Of a DNA stretch of 64,000 nt, positions 46,264-56,076 are shown in pieces (positions within the stretch are counted from its first letter, which is position 1; the number at the start of each line of letters is the position of its first letter). The position numbers and the translations under genes were made by a program. Under the pieces are notes generated by a model. It ran no database searches. It saw only the letters and a program-made list of their open reading frames with translations, and was not told the origin of the DNA. Source of the stretch: Candidatus Parcubacteria bacterium (GTDB lineage Bacteria; Patescibacteriota; Minisyncoccia; Phycocordibacterales; Zambryskibacteraceae); contig JAIFWN010000003.1 of the NCBI GenBank assembly GCA_019658995.1, positions 2,436-66,435 of the forward strand, read 5' to 3'.

Positions 46264-46548
46264 ATGTCAACAAAGCTCTACGTAGGAGGTATTCCTTACA
46301 CCACGACCGAACAGTCGCTTAAGGATGCTTTCAGCAAGGCTGGTTCCGTTACTTCTGCTTCGATCATAATCGACAGAATGACGGGCCGCTCCAAGGGATT
46401 CGGTTTCGTCGAGATGGCAAATGATGCGGAAGCAGAAGCTGCCATCAACATGTGGAACGGTGTGGATTTCGAAGGTCGCAAGCTTACGGTCAACGTAGCT
46501 CGCCCCCTCGAGCCCCGCGCTCCGGGCATGAACCGCCGCCCTATGTAA
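46264..46548 (+). CDS. RRM-type RNA-binding protein
   Basis: RNP-2 (LYVGGIPY) and RNP-1 (KGFGFVEM) motifs, Arg-rich C-tail. Confidence 0.8.
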   Translation: MSTKLYVGGIPYTTTEQSLKDAFSKAGSVTSASIIIDRMTGRSKGFGFVEMANDAEAEAAINMWNGVDFEGRKLTVNVARPLEPRAPGMNRRPM

Positions 46549-46570
46549 TATCCCGCAAGGGAATTTACAG

Positions 46571-46600
46571 ACAAAAGCTCCCGCAAGGGAGCTTTTGTTA
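46571..46600 (+). terminator. Rho-independent terminator
   Basis: ACAAAAGCTCCCGCAAGGGAGCTTTTGTTA. Confidence 0.6.
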
Positions 46601-46610
46601 TACTTTAAAT

Positions 46611-47060
46611 ATGAGTTTGAGGAAAAAGCTCGTCTTACTGGCAATAGCGGTATCGGCTCTGGTACTGGCTTTTAAATTCCTGCCGTATAGCTGCGACTGC
46701 GGACCGGATACGCTTCAGATCGGCGATACAACTATAAGCGTAGCCATTGCCGACTCTCCTGAGGAGAGGGAACAGGGGCTTTCGGGACGTGAAAGTCTTC
46801 CCGAGGGTAAGGGAATGCTTTTCGTTTTTGAAGAGCCCGGGGATTACGGCTTCTGGATGAGGGATATGAAGTTTCCGATAGATATTATTTGGATAAATTC
46901 CGAGAAGCGTGTGGTTGGTATAGAAAAGGACATCAAACCAGAAAGTTACCCTGATACTTTCCGGCCCAGCGAAGCCGTAAAATATGTCCTTGAGGTGCCA
47001 GCGGGTTTCTCTCAAAGACACTCGGTTGACACAGGCACGGAGGTGTATTTTGCATTCTAA
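46611..47060 (+). CDS. DUF192 (COG1430) family secreted protein
   Basis: Signal/anchor helix then DUF192 hallmarks (AIADSPEEREQGLSGRESL ... GMLFVFEE ... FWMRDMKFPIDIIWI ... YVLEVPAG). Start moved to the ATG at 46611 because the track ORF runs through the upstream terminator. Confidence 0.6.
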   Translation: MSLRKKLVLLAIAVSALVLAFKFLPYSCDCGPDTLQIGDTTISVAIADSPEEREQGLSGRESLPEGKGMLFVFEEPGDYGFWMRDMKFPIDIIWINSEKRVVGIEKDIKPESYPDTFRPSEAVKYVLEVPAGFSQRHSVDTGTEVYFAF

Positions 47061-47120
47061 TCCACAGGGCTTTTGACCGGTTTTTCACCTAGAATATGGA
47101 TACAAACAGAGTAATTTTCT

Positions 47121-49757
47121 ATGGTTATATTTGTCACAAGACGAGACGGCACCAAGGAGCCCTGGAATGCCGATTACATCAACCGCTCCATACAGAGAGA
47201 GACAAAGGGCCTGCCTGATCCCATAGCCAAAGTCATACAGATAGCCAATGACACGCGCCTGACCGTCTATGATGGCATCACTACCGACGAGATGGACGTG
47301 GCTACCATCAACGCCGCTATCCAAAATATCAAGGATGATACTGATTACGACATCATAGCCAAGAGATTGCTGTTGAAGACCATATATAAGAAGGTGGTCG
47401 GCCACTACAAGTCAGATGACCGCGCCGAACTGATCATCAAGCATCGCGACGGCTTCATCAACTTCGTCAAATCCGGCGTAGAGGCCGGACGGCTCCATCC
47501 CTTTATGATAGAGAAGTTTGATCTGGAGCGTATTACCGATGCCATGAATCTCGACCGCGACGAGCTCTTCCTATACTCAGGGCTCGACGGTCTCATGAAC
47601 CGCTACGGCATGAAGGACGCTGACCAGAAGCCGCTAGAGACTCCTCAGTACATTTTCATGCGCGTAGCCATGGGACTTTCATATAACGAAGACGATCCAA
47701 CCGCCTGGGCTGTCCGCTTCTATGACAAACTTTCCAAACACGAGTACATGGCCGGAGGTTCGACCATGCTCGGATCCGGTACAGTACGCTCCTCACTGTC
47801 TAACTGCTTCCTTCTTGAGATACATGACGACATGGAGCATATTGCCAAGTCGGTCTCGGACGTCATGCTTCTTTCCAAGGGTTCCGGCGGATTGGGCGCA
47901 TCGGTAACCAAACTTCGCGCAGCCGGCTCGCCGCTGAAAAGCAACTTCGGAGGATCATCGACCGGTCCGGTGACTTTCGCCAAGATTATCGACACCGCCA
48001 TCCGCGCCATTCAGCGCGGGGGGAAGAAGAAGGGAGCATTGTGTTTCTATATGGAAAACTGGCACCTCGATTTCCCGGACTTCCTCGACTGGAAGCATAA
48101 TGCCGGGGATGACTACCTGCGTATGCGTACCGCCAACACTGCCGCTTATATTTCCGATGAATTCATGAAGCGAGTGAAGGCGGGCGAGGATTGGTACCTC
48201 TTCGATCCGGCCGAGACTCCGGACTTGAACGAGATGTACGGCAAAGTCTTCTCCAAGCGTTATGCCGAATATGTGGATATGGCCGAGAAAGGTCAAATAC
48301 GGGCCTGGAAGAAGATGCCCGCCCGCGAGCTTTGGAGGAAGACCTTGGTAGCCCTCCAGACTACTTCCCACCCGTGGATCACCTGGAAGGACCCCATCAA
48401 TCTCCGGGCACTCAACAACAATATGGGTACCATCCATATGTCGAACCTGTGCACAGAGATCTGCCTCCACCAGGACAAAGACAACATAGCCGTATGTAAC
48501 CTCGCTTCGTTAAACCTAGCCGCGCATGTCTCGGAGAAGCAGGTCAACTGGCAGAAACTCGAGGAGTCGGTCCGTCTTGCCGTCCGCCAGCTGGACAATC
48601 TCATAGATATCAACAAGCTCCCCGTCAAAGAAGCCGAGAAGAGCGATAAGGAGAACCGCGCCATCGGGCTCGGGGTTATGGGCTTGGCCGATGTCTTCGA
48701 ACGCCTTGGCTTGTCATATGATTCCGTCCATGCGCATAACTTTACTGACCGTATCTTCGAATTTGTTTCCTACATGGCTATCGACGAGAGTACCAATCTG
48801 GCCCGCGAGAGAGGCAACTATCCGAATTTCGAAGGCAGCCGCTGGTCCAAGGGTATGGTGCCTGTGGATACCCTGGAAATTCTCGAGGAGCGCCGCGGCG
48901 TGCCGCTTACCGTCGATAAGGAGAGCCATCATCGCGGACTCGACTGGAACATCCTGCGCGAGAAGGTTAAGACCGGTATCAGGAACTGTACACTCATGGC
49001 CGTGGCTCCGAATGCCAACATCGGCCTGGTTGTCGGTACGGTACCGGGCATCGATGCCCGCTTCTCCCAAGTCTTCTCGCGCAACAAGATCAGCGGCAAA
49101 TACCTGGATATCAATCACAACCTCGTGCGCGATCTCAAGAACATGGATCTCTGGGAGAAGGTCAAGGGCCGCATCATCGAGCTCCAGGGCGATATCTCCT
49201 CGATCGAAGAGATACCGGACCACATCAAAGATATTTATAAAACTTCCTTCACTACCTCCGCCTATGCTTATATAGAGGTGGCCGCAAGAGCGCAGAAGTG
49301 GGTTGATCAGGCTCTCTCGCGCAACATGTACCTCGAGACTCGGGATATCGACGAGACGATGAAGATTTATGAGACTGCCTGGGAGAAAGGTGTAAAGACT
49401 ACTTACTACCTCCACATGAAGCCACGCCATACCGCCGAGCAGTCGACTGTGGCAGTCAACAAGGGTACTGCCATGGGCAAGAAGGGCTTCGCCGCCCTCA
49501 AAACTGTGCCAGTAGCCGCCACTCCGAGCGCTCCGGTATGGAACAAGACCGCAATCCAGCCGAAACTCATAGAATCCGTCGAAGTATCGAAGATCTCCGA
49601 GAAGCCGGTTGAGTCCGGACAGGTTGTAACGGTTGCTTCCCGTGAGCCGGAAACGGTGAGAGTCGAGCCAAGCGTGCCAGCAGAGTCCAGACAAGGCTTG
49701 GTCGTGCACATGCCGGAGAATCCCGCAGACGCCAATATCTGCGATAGTTGTCAGTAA
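47121..49757 (+). CDS. nrdA: Ribonucleotide reductase class Ia alpha subunit with N-terminal ATP-cone
   Basis: ATP-cone (VTRRDGTKEPWNADYI), catalytic signatures (NLCTEI, Cys/Glu region) and C-terminal tail; 878 aa. Confidence 0.9.
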   Translation: MVIFVTRRDGTKEPWNADYINRSIQRETKGLPDPIAKVIQIANDTRLTVYDGITTDEMDVATINAAIQNIKDDTDYDIIAKRLLLKTIYKKVVGHYKSDDRAELIIKHRDGFINFVKSGVEAGRLHPFMIEKFDLERITDAMNLDRDELFLYSGLDGLMNRYGMKDADQKPLETPQYIFMRVAMGLSYNEDDPTAWAVRFYDKLSKHEYMAGGSTMLGSGTVRSSLSNCFLLEIHDDMEHIAKSVSDVMLLSKGSGGLGASVTKLRAAGSPLKSNFGGSSTGPVTFAKIIDTAIRAIQRGGKKKGALCFYMENWHLDFPDFLDWKHNAGDDYLRMRTANTAAYISDEFMKRVKAGEDWYLFDPAETPDLNEMYGKVFSKRYAEYVDMAEKGQIRAWKKMPARELWRKTLVALQTTSHPWITWKDPINLRALNNNMGTIHMSNLCTEICLHQDKDNIAVCNLASLNLAAHVSEKQVNWQKLEESVRLAVRQLDNLIDINKLPVKEAEKSDKENRAIGLGVMGLADVFERLGLSYDSVHAHNFTDRIFEFVSYMAIDESTNLARERGNYPNFEGSRWSKGMVPVDTLEILEERRGVPLTVDKESHHRGLDWNILREKVKTGIRNCTLMAVAPNANIGLVVGTVPGIDARFSQVFSRNKISGKYLDINHNLVRDLKNMDLWEKVKGRIIELQGDISSIEEIPDHIKDIYKTSFTTSAYAYIEVAARAQKWVDQALSRNMYLETRDIDETMKIYETAWEKGVKTTYYLHMKPRHTAEQSTVAVNKGTAMGKKGFAALKTVPVAATPSAPVWNKTAIQPKLIESVEVSKISEKPVESGQVVTVASREPETVRVEPSVPAESRQGLVVHMPENPADANICDSCQ

Positions 49758-49784
49758 TTAATATTTGCAAATAAATAAAACAGA

Positions 49785-50825
49785 ATGCTCATAGGGAAAG
49801 CCAGTCCGGACGACATGAATCTGCATCCCATCCGCTACCAGTGGGCTTATGATCTCTATAATCAGGCAGTCAGGAATACCTGGTTCCCGCACGAAATTGC
49901 TCTCAAGGAAGATCTCGATGACTGGGAGAAGATGACGGAAGACGAGAGGCATGCCGTCAAATTCCTTATGGCCTTCTTCAATCCGGCGGAGCTCATCGTC
50001 AACCGTTCCATAGCTCTCGGTATCTATCCCTATCTCAAATCTCCCGAAGCGCACCTATATCTGGCCAAACAGATGTGGGAGGAGGCCAACCACTGTGTGG
50101 CCTTTGAATATGTTTTGCAGACTTTTCCCTTTGACCGCGAGAATATCTTCCAGCTCCACTTAAGTGTGCCTTCGATGGCCGCCAAAGAAGAGTACATAAA
50201 TAAATATATGAGGAGGATGACGGAAGAGACACTGAACATTGAGACCATGGACGGCAAGAAGGACTTTCTCAGGAATCTCGTGGCTACTAATATAGTTATG
50301 GAAGGTATCTGGTTCTACTCTGGCTTTATGGTGGCCTTGAGCTTCCGCCAAAGGAATCAGCTCCGTAACTTCGGCTCGATGATCAACTGGGTTCTTCGCG
50401 ACGAGTCTCTCCATCTCAAGTTCGGCATGAACCTGGTCCACAATATTTTGGAGGAGAATCAGGAACTTCTTACCGAGGATTTCGCCGCCGAGATCCGCGA
50501 TATCATCATCGAGGGTGTGAACCTCGAGACGCAGTACAACAAAGATCTTTTCCCTCAAGGCATTCTCGGCCTCAATGCCGATTACGTGAACCAGTATGTG
50601 CAGTATGTCGCCGACAGACGCTTGGAGGAGCTTGGACTGCCAAAGTTCTACAATGCCACCAACCCGGCCAAGTGGATGTCTACCGCTACCGACGTCTACG
50701 AGCTCGTCAATTTCTTCGAAGCCCAGAATACCTCTTACGAGGTTGATGGCCACAGCGCTTCGGTCAAGAAAGAAGAGTACAAAGAGCCAACCGCCCCGGC
50801 TATACCTGCCGGAGTAGGGGAATAA
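49785..50825 (+). CDS. nrdB: Ribonucleotide reductase class I beta subunit
   Basis: Di-iron/tyrosyl-radical ligand motifs (EEANHCVAFEY, MEGIWFYSGF, RDESLH). Directly downstream of nrdA. Confidence 0.9.
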   Translation: MLIGKASPDDMNLHPIRYQWAYDLYNQAVRNTWFPHEIALKEDLDDWEKMTEDERHAVKFLMAFFNPAELIVNRSIALGIYPYLKSPEAHLYLAKQMWEEANHCVAFEYVLQTFPFDRENIFQLHLSVPSMAAKEEYINKYMRRMTEETLNIETMDGKKDFLRNLVATNIVMEGIWFYSGFMVALSFRQRNQLRNFGSMINWVLRDESLHLKFGMNLVHNILEENQELLTEDFAAEIRDIIIEGVNLETQYNKDLFPQGILGLNADYVNQYVQYVADRRLEELGLPKFYNATNPAKWMSTATDVYELVNFFEAQNTSYEVDGHSASVKKEEYKEPTAPAIPAGVGE

Positions 50826-50836
50826 GAGATAAAACG

Positions 50837-50862
50837 AAAGGTGCGTCTTGCGACGCACCTTG
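50837..50862. terminator. Hairpin terminator after nrdB
   Basis: AGGTGCGTCTTGCGACGCACCTT after an A-rich run; a second perfect 7-bp hairpin CTTCTTCTCAAAGAAGAAG follows. Confidence 0.5.
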
Positions 50863-51162
50863 GTAGCAACCTTCTTCTCAAAGAAGAAGTATCGCAATGA
50901 GCATGCTGCCGAGTCCCCAGCGTACAGCGCTGCCGAAGTTCCTGGAGTCTGCGGCCCTGGCTGATCTTGAGATAAATGCCCAACATATCAGGAGTACCAG
51001 GGCTTGCATCATCAATGCTCCTGCGATTTTCTGAGTCTCCGCATCCATTGCCTGTCTCCAAAAAGAGGTTTGTGATCCTTTATAATTATACTACATATAC
51101 TATGAGTTTGTCAAGTAGAAAGAGTAGGGCTTAAATTAAGCTCAGGATGATACAATTTACCC

Positions 51163-52152
51163 ATGACTATACGAGTAGCAATTAACGGCTTTGGGCGCAT
51201 CGGCAGGGCGTTTTATAAACTAGCAAAGGAGAATCCGGACCTTGAGGTTGTGGCGGTCAACGACTTGGCTCAAAAGGAGAATATCGAGTATCTTCTGAAA
51301 TTCGATACCGTTTACGGCCAGTGGAAAGGTAAATTGGATGCCAAGTATCTCTCAGAGCCCGAGCCATCTCGTCTCCCTTGGAAGGATTTGAACATTGATG
51401 TAGTGGTCGAAGCTACTGGTCGCTATACGACCTACGCCACCGCCAAAGCCCATCTTGATGCCGGGGCCAAGCGCGTGGTGGTAACCGCGCCGATGAAGGA
51501 TGATCCGGTGCCGGGAGTAGAAGGCGCTACGGTGCTTCTTGGTATCAATGAGGATAAATTCGAGACTTGCGAGATCACTTCGAACGCTTCTTGTACCACC
51601 AATGCCGCTTCTCCTGTACTGGCTATCCTCGACGAAGCGCTCGGAGTGGAGAAAGCTATATTGAATACCGTCCACTCTTATACAGCGAGCCAGGGAATCG
51701 TAGATGGCCCGAACAAGAAGGATTGGCGAGAGGGCCGTGCGGCGGCGCAAAACATCGTGCCATCGAGTACCGGAGCAGCTATAGCCGTTGGCAAAGCTCT
51801 CACACAGCTTGATGGCAAGTTCGACGGAATCTCTATCCGCGTGCCCACGGTTATCGGCTCGATTGCCGATATCACCTTCATCTCCAAACGCGATACGACT
51901 GTAGAAGAAGTGAACCAGATCATGACCAAGGCTTCACACACGGATAAGTGGAAAAATATTTTCGAAGTGACAGATGAACCGATTGTCTCCTCCGATGTGC
52001 GCGACGCGGCACATGCCTCTATCGCCGATCTCGCCTTCACCCGAGTAGTTGGCGGCAACTTAGTGAAAGTCTTGGCTTGGTATGACAATGAGATGGGGTA
52101 TACGCATACTCTTATAGAGCATGTGGTGAAGTCAGGGTCGAAAATAAAATGA
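51163..52152 (+). CDS. gap: Glyceraldehyde-3-phosphate dehydrogenase (type I)
   Basis: NAD-binding NGFGRIGR, catalytic ASCTTNA, WYDNE near the C-terminus. Confidence 0.9.
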   Translation: MTIRVAINGFGRIGRAFYKLAKENPDLEVVAVNDLAQKENIEYLLKFDTVYGQWKGKLDAKYLSEPEPSRLPWKDLNIDVVVEATGRYTTYATAKAHLDAGAKRVVVTAPMKDDPVPGVEGATVLLGINEDKFETCEITSNASCTTNAASPVLAILDEALGVEKAILNTVHSYTASQGIVDGPNKKDWREGRAAAQNIVPSSTGAAIAVGKALTQLDGKFDGISIRVPTVIGSIADITFISKRDTTVEEVNQIMTKASHTDKWKNIFEVTDEPIVSSDVRDAAHASIADLAFTRVVGGNLVKVLAWYDNEMGYTHTLIEHVVKSGSKIK

Positions 52153-52787
52153 AAACTTGGATTAAAAGCGGACTAATATTAGGAGTCCTCTCGGTCACCA
52201 TTTCTCTTGCAGGTAGCATACCACTAGTCGTAGATTACTTATCAGTCGAGCAAGGACTCGGGTATGTAGATCACGCCACTTTCATACCCCAGCTTGTTGT
52301 TGTGGTTGCTCGTTTACCGCTTCTGCCGGTGCCTCGCCCTGCCGAGTTATGGATGGAGAGGGCGATGGGTGGGTATGTTTTTAGCATTTTTATGACCTTA
52401 TTGGCTGGATTTGGGTGGCTTGCTCTAAGTTGGATCGTACATCTTATTTGGTCACGATTAGGTGACTACAAGTACAGAGTCAGATCACTTTTGTTTAGCA
52501 GATTTACCCTACTTTTCGCTGTCGTGCCTCCTATCCTGTTTCTATTGGCAGTATCTATTACAGAAATGGCGGGAGAATTTTGGGGAGGCCTTCTTGCTAT
52601 TATGTTAATAATCCTTACTTACCCGGCTTTCCTGCTCAGTGGTGTGTTGGAAAGAATTCATGGCCCATTGGGTATTTATTATCCGAGTGATATCAATTTG
52701 ATACATTTGTCCGCCCTAACCTTCCTGATTGGGGGATATGTAATTGGGGTATTTGCCAACTATATTCGTAGAAATCTAGAGGAGTAA
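52149..52787 (+). CDS. Integral membrane protein, hypothetical
   Basis: Five or six TM helices; 4-nt overlap with gap. Confidence 0.4.
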   Translation: MKTWIKSGLILGVLSVTISLAGSIPLVVDYLSVEQGLGYVDHATFIPQLVVVVARLPLLPVPRPAELWMERAMGGYVFSIFMTLLAGFGWLALSWIVHLIWSRLGDYKYRVRSLLFSRFTLLFAVVPPILFLLAVSITEMAGEFWGGLLAIMLIILTYPAFLLSGVLERIHGPLGIYYPSDINLIHLSALTFLIGGYVIGVFANYIRRNLEE

Positions 52788-52789
52788 AT

Positions 52790-53227
52790 ATGAAAATTTA
52801 TATTGGTAGCGATCATTCCGGGTTCGAACTCAAGGAGAAACTGATCCCTTTCTTGCGCGACCTCGGACATGAAGTGGAGGATAAGGGACCGCACCAGTTC
52901 GACAAGGATGATGATTACCCGGACTTTATCCGACCGGTGGCCGAAGCGGTGGCTCGCGATATCGAGGCCAAAGGAATCATTATCGGTAAATCCGGTGAAG
53001 GCGAGGCAATGGCGGCAAATAGAGAGAGGGGGGTACGTGCGGCAGTCTACTATGGCAATAACTTGGAAGTGCTGAAGCTCTCCAGAGAACACAATGATGC
53101 TAACGTGCTCTCGCTTGCTGCGGGTTTCGTACCGGCAGACGAAGCCGCCTCGGCAGTGAAGCTCTGGCTCAATACTCCTTTTTCCGAAGAAGAGAGACAT
53201 ATAAGGCGCATAGCGAAACTGGATTAA
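52790..53227 (+). CDS. rpiB: Ribose-5-phosphate isomerase B family (Cys-less, Glu-type)
   Basis: Collinear with RpiB/LacAB (IGSDHSGFELK, AANRERG, EHNDANVLSLAAG). Catalytic Cys position is Lys within GKSGEGEAMAANR, with Glu as in actinobacterial RpiB. Confidence 0.75.
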   Translation: MKIYIGSDHSGFELKEKLIPFLRDLGHEVEDKGPHQFDKDDDYPDFIRPVAEAVARDIEAKGIIIGKSGEGEAMAANRERGVRAAVYYGNNLEVLKLSREHNDANVLSLAAGFVPADEAASAVKLWLNTPFSEEERHIRRIAKLD

Positions 53228-53761
53228 ATGGAGATAATCCCCGCGATTCTGGAGAAAAACGAAGAAGATTTCATAAATGCAGTTGCTTTTTTGCCGCCGG
53301 AAGTGAAGTTTGTGCATGTAGACGTGCTGGAAGATGATGTCTGGGCTCCGATCGAGAGAGATTTTGAAGCGCATCTAATGGTGGAAGATCCCGAAGAGAT
53401 ATTCGATATATGGAAGGAAAGGGGAGCAAAGCGGATTATTGCGCATAAGATATTACCGAAGACCGAAGGTATGGAGGTCGGTTTAGGATTAGAAATGCAT
53501 ATACCAATCACGGACGAAGTTTTTGGGGCCGACTTCGTGCATCTAATGTCTATAGCCAAGATTGGTGAGCAGGGACACCCCTTAGACGAGCGCATCTTTG
53601 ATAGAATAAGAGAGGTCAAAGAAAGATTCCCCGGCAAAATCATATCTGTCGACGGCGGTATAAACATATCGAATTACGAAAAACTAATTGAAGCCGGTGC
53701 GGACAGGCTGGTAGTGGGTTCAGGATTCAAAGAACTATGGACATTACAGATGAAAAAGTAA
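53228..53761 (+). CDS. rpe: Ribulose-phosphate 3-epimerase (short form)
   Basis: VHVDVLEDD, HLMVEDP, VDGGI and AGADRLVVGSGF match Rpe landmarks; 177 aa. Confidence 0.65.
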   Translation: MEIIPAILEKNEEDFINAVAFLPPEVKFVHVDVLEDDVWAPIERDFEAHLMVEDPEEIFDIWKERGAKRIIAHKILPKTEGMEVGLGLEMHIPITDEVFGADFVHLMSIAKIGEQGHPLDERIFDRIREVKERFPGKIISVDGGINISNYEKLIEAGADRLVVGSGFKELWTLQMKK

Positions 53762-54600
53762 CAGAACTGGAGAAGCGCGCGAATGACATTCGCATCTCCA
53801 TTATTAATATGCTCCTAGAGGCTAAGAGCGGCCATACCGCCGGGCCTCTTGGCATGGCTGACATCTTTACCGTACTTTTCTTCCATATTCTTAAACATAA
53901 ACCCAAAGATCCCAAGTGGCCGGAGCGAGACAGGCTGGTGCTTAGTAACGGCCATATTTGCCCGGTTTATTACTCAACTCTGGCACATGCTGGGTATATC
54001 CCCATGGAAGAACTAAGAACTTTGAGGAAGTTCGGCTCACGCCTGCAGGGTCATCCGCACAGAGATTTCTTGCCTTACCTTGAGTCATCATCCGGACCGC
54101 TTGGATCCGGCCTCTCACAAGCCGTTGGCATGGCTCTGGCTGACAGAATGGATGCAAAGGAAGATAAGAGAAGAATCTATGCGCTCCTCTCCGACGGTGA
54201 GCACGACTCAGGACAGCTCTGGGAGGCTGCTATGCTTGCAGGTAAGAACAAATTGCGCAATCTCACCGCTGTTGTAGACAGGAACAATATTCAGATAGAC
54301 GGCTTCACCGAAGACGTGATGCCCCTGGAGTCCTTATCAGACAGATGGCGAGCCTGGAACTGGCATGTGATTGAGATTGATGGCCACAACATTCGTGAGA
54401 TTGTTGATGCCTTCAATAAGGCCAAGACCATATATGAAAAGCCTACCGTCATCATCGCCCATACCATACCAGGGAAGGGAGTGAAAGAGTTTGAGCGAGA
54501 CTACCGCTGGCATGGCAAGCCGCCGAATGTTGAGGAAGCCAAAATGGCTTTACACGAGCTCCGTACTCTCGGCGGCAAAATAAGAAGCGAACATCAATAA
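53737..54600 (+). CDS. Transketolase, N-terminal (TPP-binding) subunit of split enzyme
   Basis: GHTAGPLGMADIFTVLF, ThDP-binding GDG-like segment LSDGEHDSGQLWEA. Confidence 0.85.
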   Translation: MDITDEKVTELEKRANDIRISIINMLLEAKSGHTAGPLGMADIFTVLFFHILKHKPKDPKWPERDRLVLSNGHICPVYYSTLAHAGYIPMEELRTLRKFGSRLQGHPHRDFLPYLESSSGPLGSGLSQAVGMALADRMDAKEDKRRIYALLSDGEHDSGQLWEAAMLAGKNKLRNLTAVVDRNNIQIDGFTEDVMPLESLSDRWRAWNWHVIEIDGHNIREIVDAFNKAKTIYEKPTVIIAHTIPGKGVKEFERDYRWHGKPPNVEEAKMALHELRTLGGKIRSEHQ

Positions 54601-55577
54601 TGCTCAATCCTGATTTGAAATTGAATGAAAAGCTATTCGACAAAGATGTCGAGCAAGTACCGATACGCAAAGGCTTTGGCGAAGGGCTTGTGAAGGCGGG
54701 AGAAGAGAACCCACAAGTTGTCGTGCTCTGTGCCGACCTGACCGAATCCGCACAGGCCCTGGCTTTCAAGGAAAAATTTCCAAATAGATTCGTAGAAATA
54801 GGTGTGGCGGAACAGAACTTGGCTTCGGTAGCCTCAGGCATGGCGGCAATGGGCAAGATTCCATTTATCACTTCGTACGCAATGTTTAGCCCTGGCCGCA
54901 ACTGGGAGCAGATCCGCACGACCATTGCGTACAATAACCGGCCAGTGAAGATCGCCGGCTCTCATGCCGGCATCAGTGTAGGTCCGGATGGCGGCACACA
55001 TCAGGCCATTGAGGATATCGCTATTACCAGAGTCATTCCGAGGATGGTTGTGATCTCACCCTGCGATGCTATTGAAGCGCGTAAGGCCACCGTAGCCGCA
55101 GCTAAGACAGATACGCCAGTATATATAAGACTGGCGCGCGAGAAGACCCCTGTCATGACTACGGATAAGACCCCCTTTGAGATCGGCAAAGCGCTAATAG
55201 TCTGGGAGTCTAAAAAGCCTAAAGTCGGCATCATTGCTACAGGCGCGCTCTTGTATAAAGCTCTTGAAGCGGCTAAGGAGCTCTCGGGAAAAATTGAAGT
55301 GGAGGTGATGAACCTATCGACTATTAAGCCCTTGGACGAAAAGGCTGTAATAGCTCTTGCTAAGAAGACTAAAAATATTGTGACGGTCGAAGAGCACCAG
55401 ATAAGGGGCGGCATGGGCAGCGCGGTGGCGGAGTGCCTGGCAAAACACTTTCCCGTGCCCATGAGGTTTATTGGAGTCGATGATCAGTTCGGTCAGTCCG
55501 GCACACCGGAAGAATTGATAGAGCACTACAGCATGGGCAAAACTGCTATAATTGAGGGGGTTAAAAGCCTTCTCTAA
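54600..55577 (+). CDS. Transketolase, C-terminal (pyrimidine-binding) subunit
   Basis: FVEIGVAEQN, GPDGGTHQAIEDIA. Start overlaps the stop of the N-terminal subunit. Confidence 0.85.
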   Translation: MLNPDLKLNEKLFDKDVEQVPIRKGFGEGLVKAGEENPQVVVLCADLTESAQALAFKEKFPNRFVEIGVAEQNLASVASGMAAMGKIPFITSYAMFSPGRNWEQIRTTIAYNNRPVKIAGSHAGISVGPDGGTHQAIEDIAITRVIPRMVVISPCDAIEARKATVAAAKTDTPVYIRLAREKTPVMTTDKTPFEIGKALIVWESKKPKVGIIATGALLYKALEAAKELSGKIEVEVMNLSTIKPLDEKAVIALAKKTKNIVTVEEHQIRGGMGSAVAECLAKHFPVPMRFIGVDDQFGQSGTPEELIEHYSMGKTAIIEGVKSLL

Positions 55578-55581
55578 AATC

Positions 55582-56076
55582 ATGAAAAAATTGATACCAA
55601 TTGTGTTTGCGTTGGTAATAATCCCGCAGATTACTATGGCTGCGTGGTGGAAGCCATGGAGTTGGAACTGGGGATCTTTTATGCGCTCAGATAGAGCAAG
55701 TGAAGTGCTAAAGCAAAATGCCGAAAAGAAAGTTGAAAAAACTACCACCACAAAGCCTCAGCCGAAACCCTCTGTGGTTCCGGTCACTACATCGACTCCG
55801 GAAAGTCAGATCTCTAAAGTCGAAATTCGAGCAAATGGCACGAAAGGCTGGATAAGACAAACTGATAATGTAGTCATCTCTTGGACTTCGAATGCGAAGG
55901 AATGCACCTTAAGTCTTGAAGATATGGCTTATTCTGTTCCCGGCATAGGAAATAAAGATTTCAAGTTGAGTTTTTCCGGACCTTACGACACTAAACACCC
56001 AACTTTCTGGATCGGCTGCTATATTGATGGCAAATGGGTTTCAGATAATGTCGTTGTCGGTGGATTACTTCAATAG
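55582..56076 (+). CDS. Secreted hypothetical protein
   Basis: Signal peptide (MKKLIPIVFALVIIPQITMA) then Trp-rich and beta-rich domain. Start chosen at the internal Met to avoid overlap with tkt. Confidence 0.4.
   Translation: MKKLIPIVFALVIIPQITMAAWWKPWSWNWGSFMRSDRASEVLKQNAEKKVEKTTTTKPQPKPSVVPVTTSTPESQISKVEIRANGTKGWIRQTDNVVISWTSNAKECTLSLEDMAYSVPGIGNKDFKLSFSGPYDTKHPTFWIGCYIDGKWVSDNVVVGGLLQ

Noticed and set aside
46452-46610. 5' extension of the DUF192 gene overlapping the RRM gene (track start 46452).
   Set aside because: The extension runs through the RRM gene's stop and its hairpin terminator. The ATG at 46611 right after the terminator gives a canonical signal peptide start.
48714-49709. 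331-aa and other minus-strand ORFs within nrdA.
   Set aside because: They are antisense to the highly conserved RNR alpha subunit.
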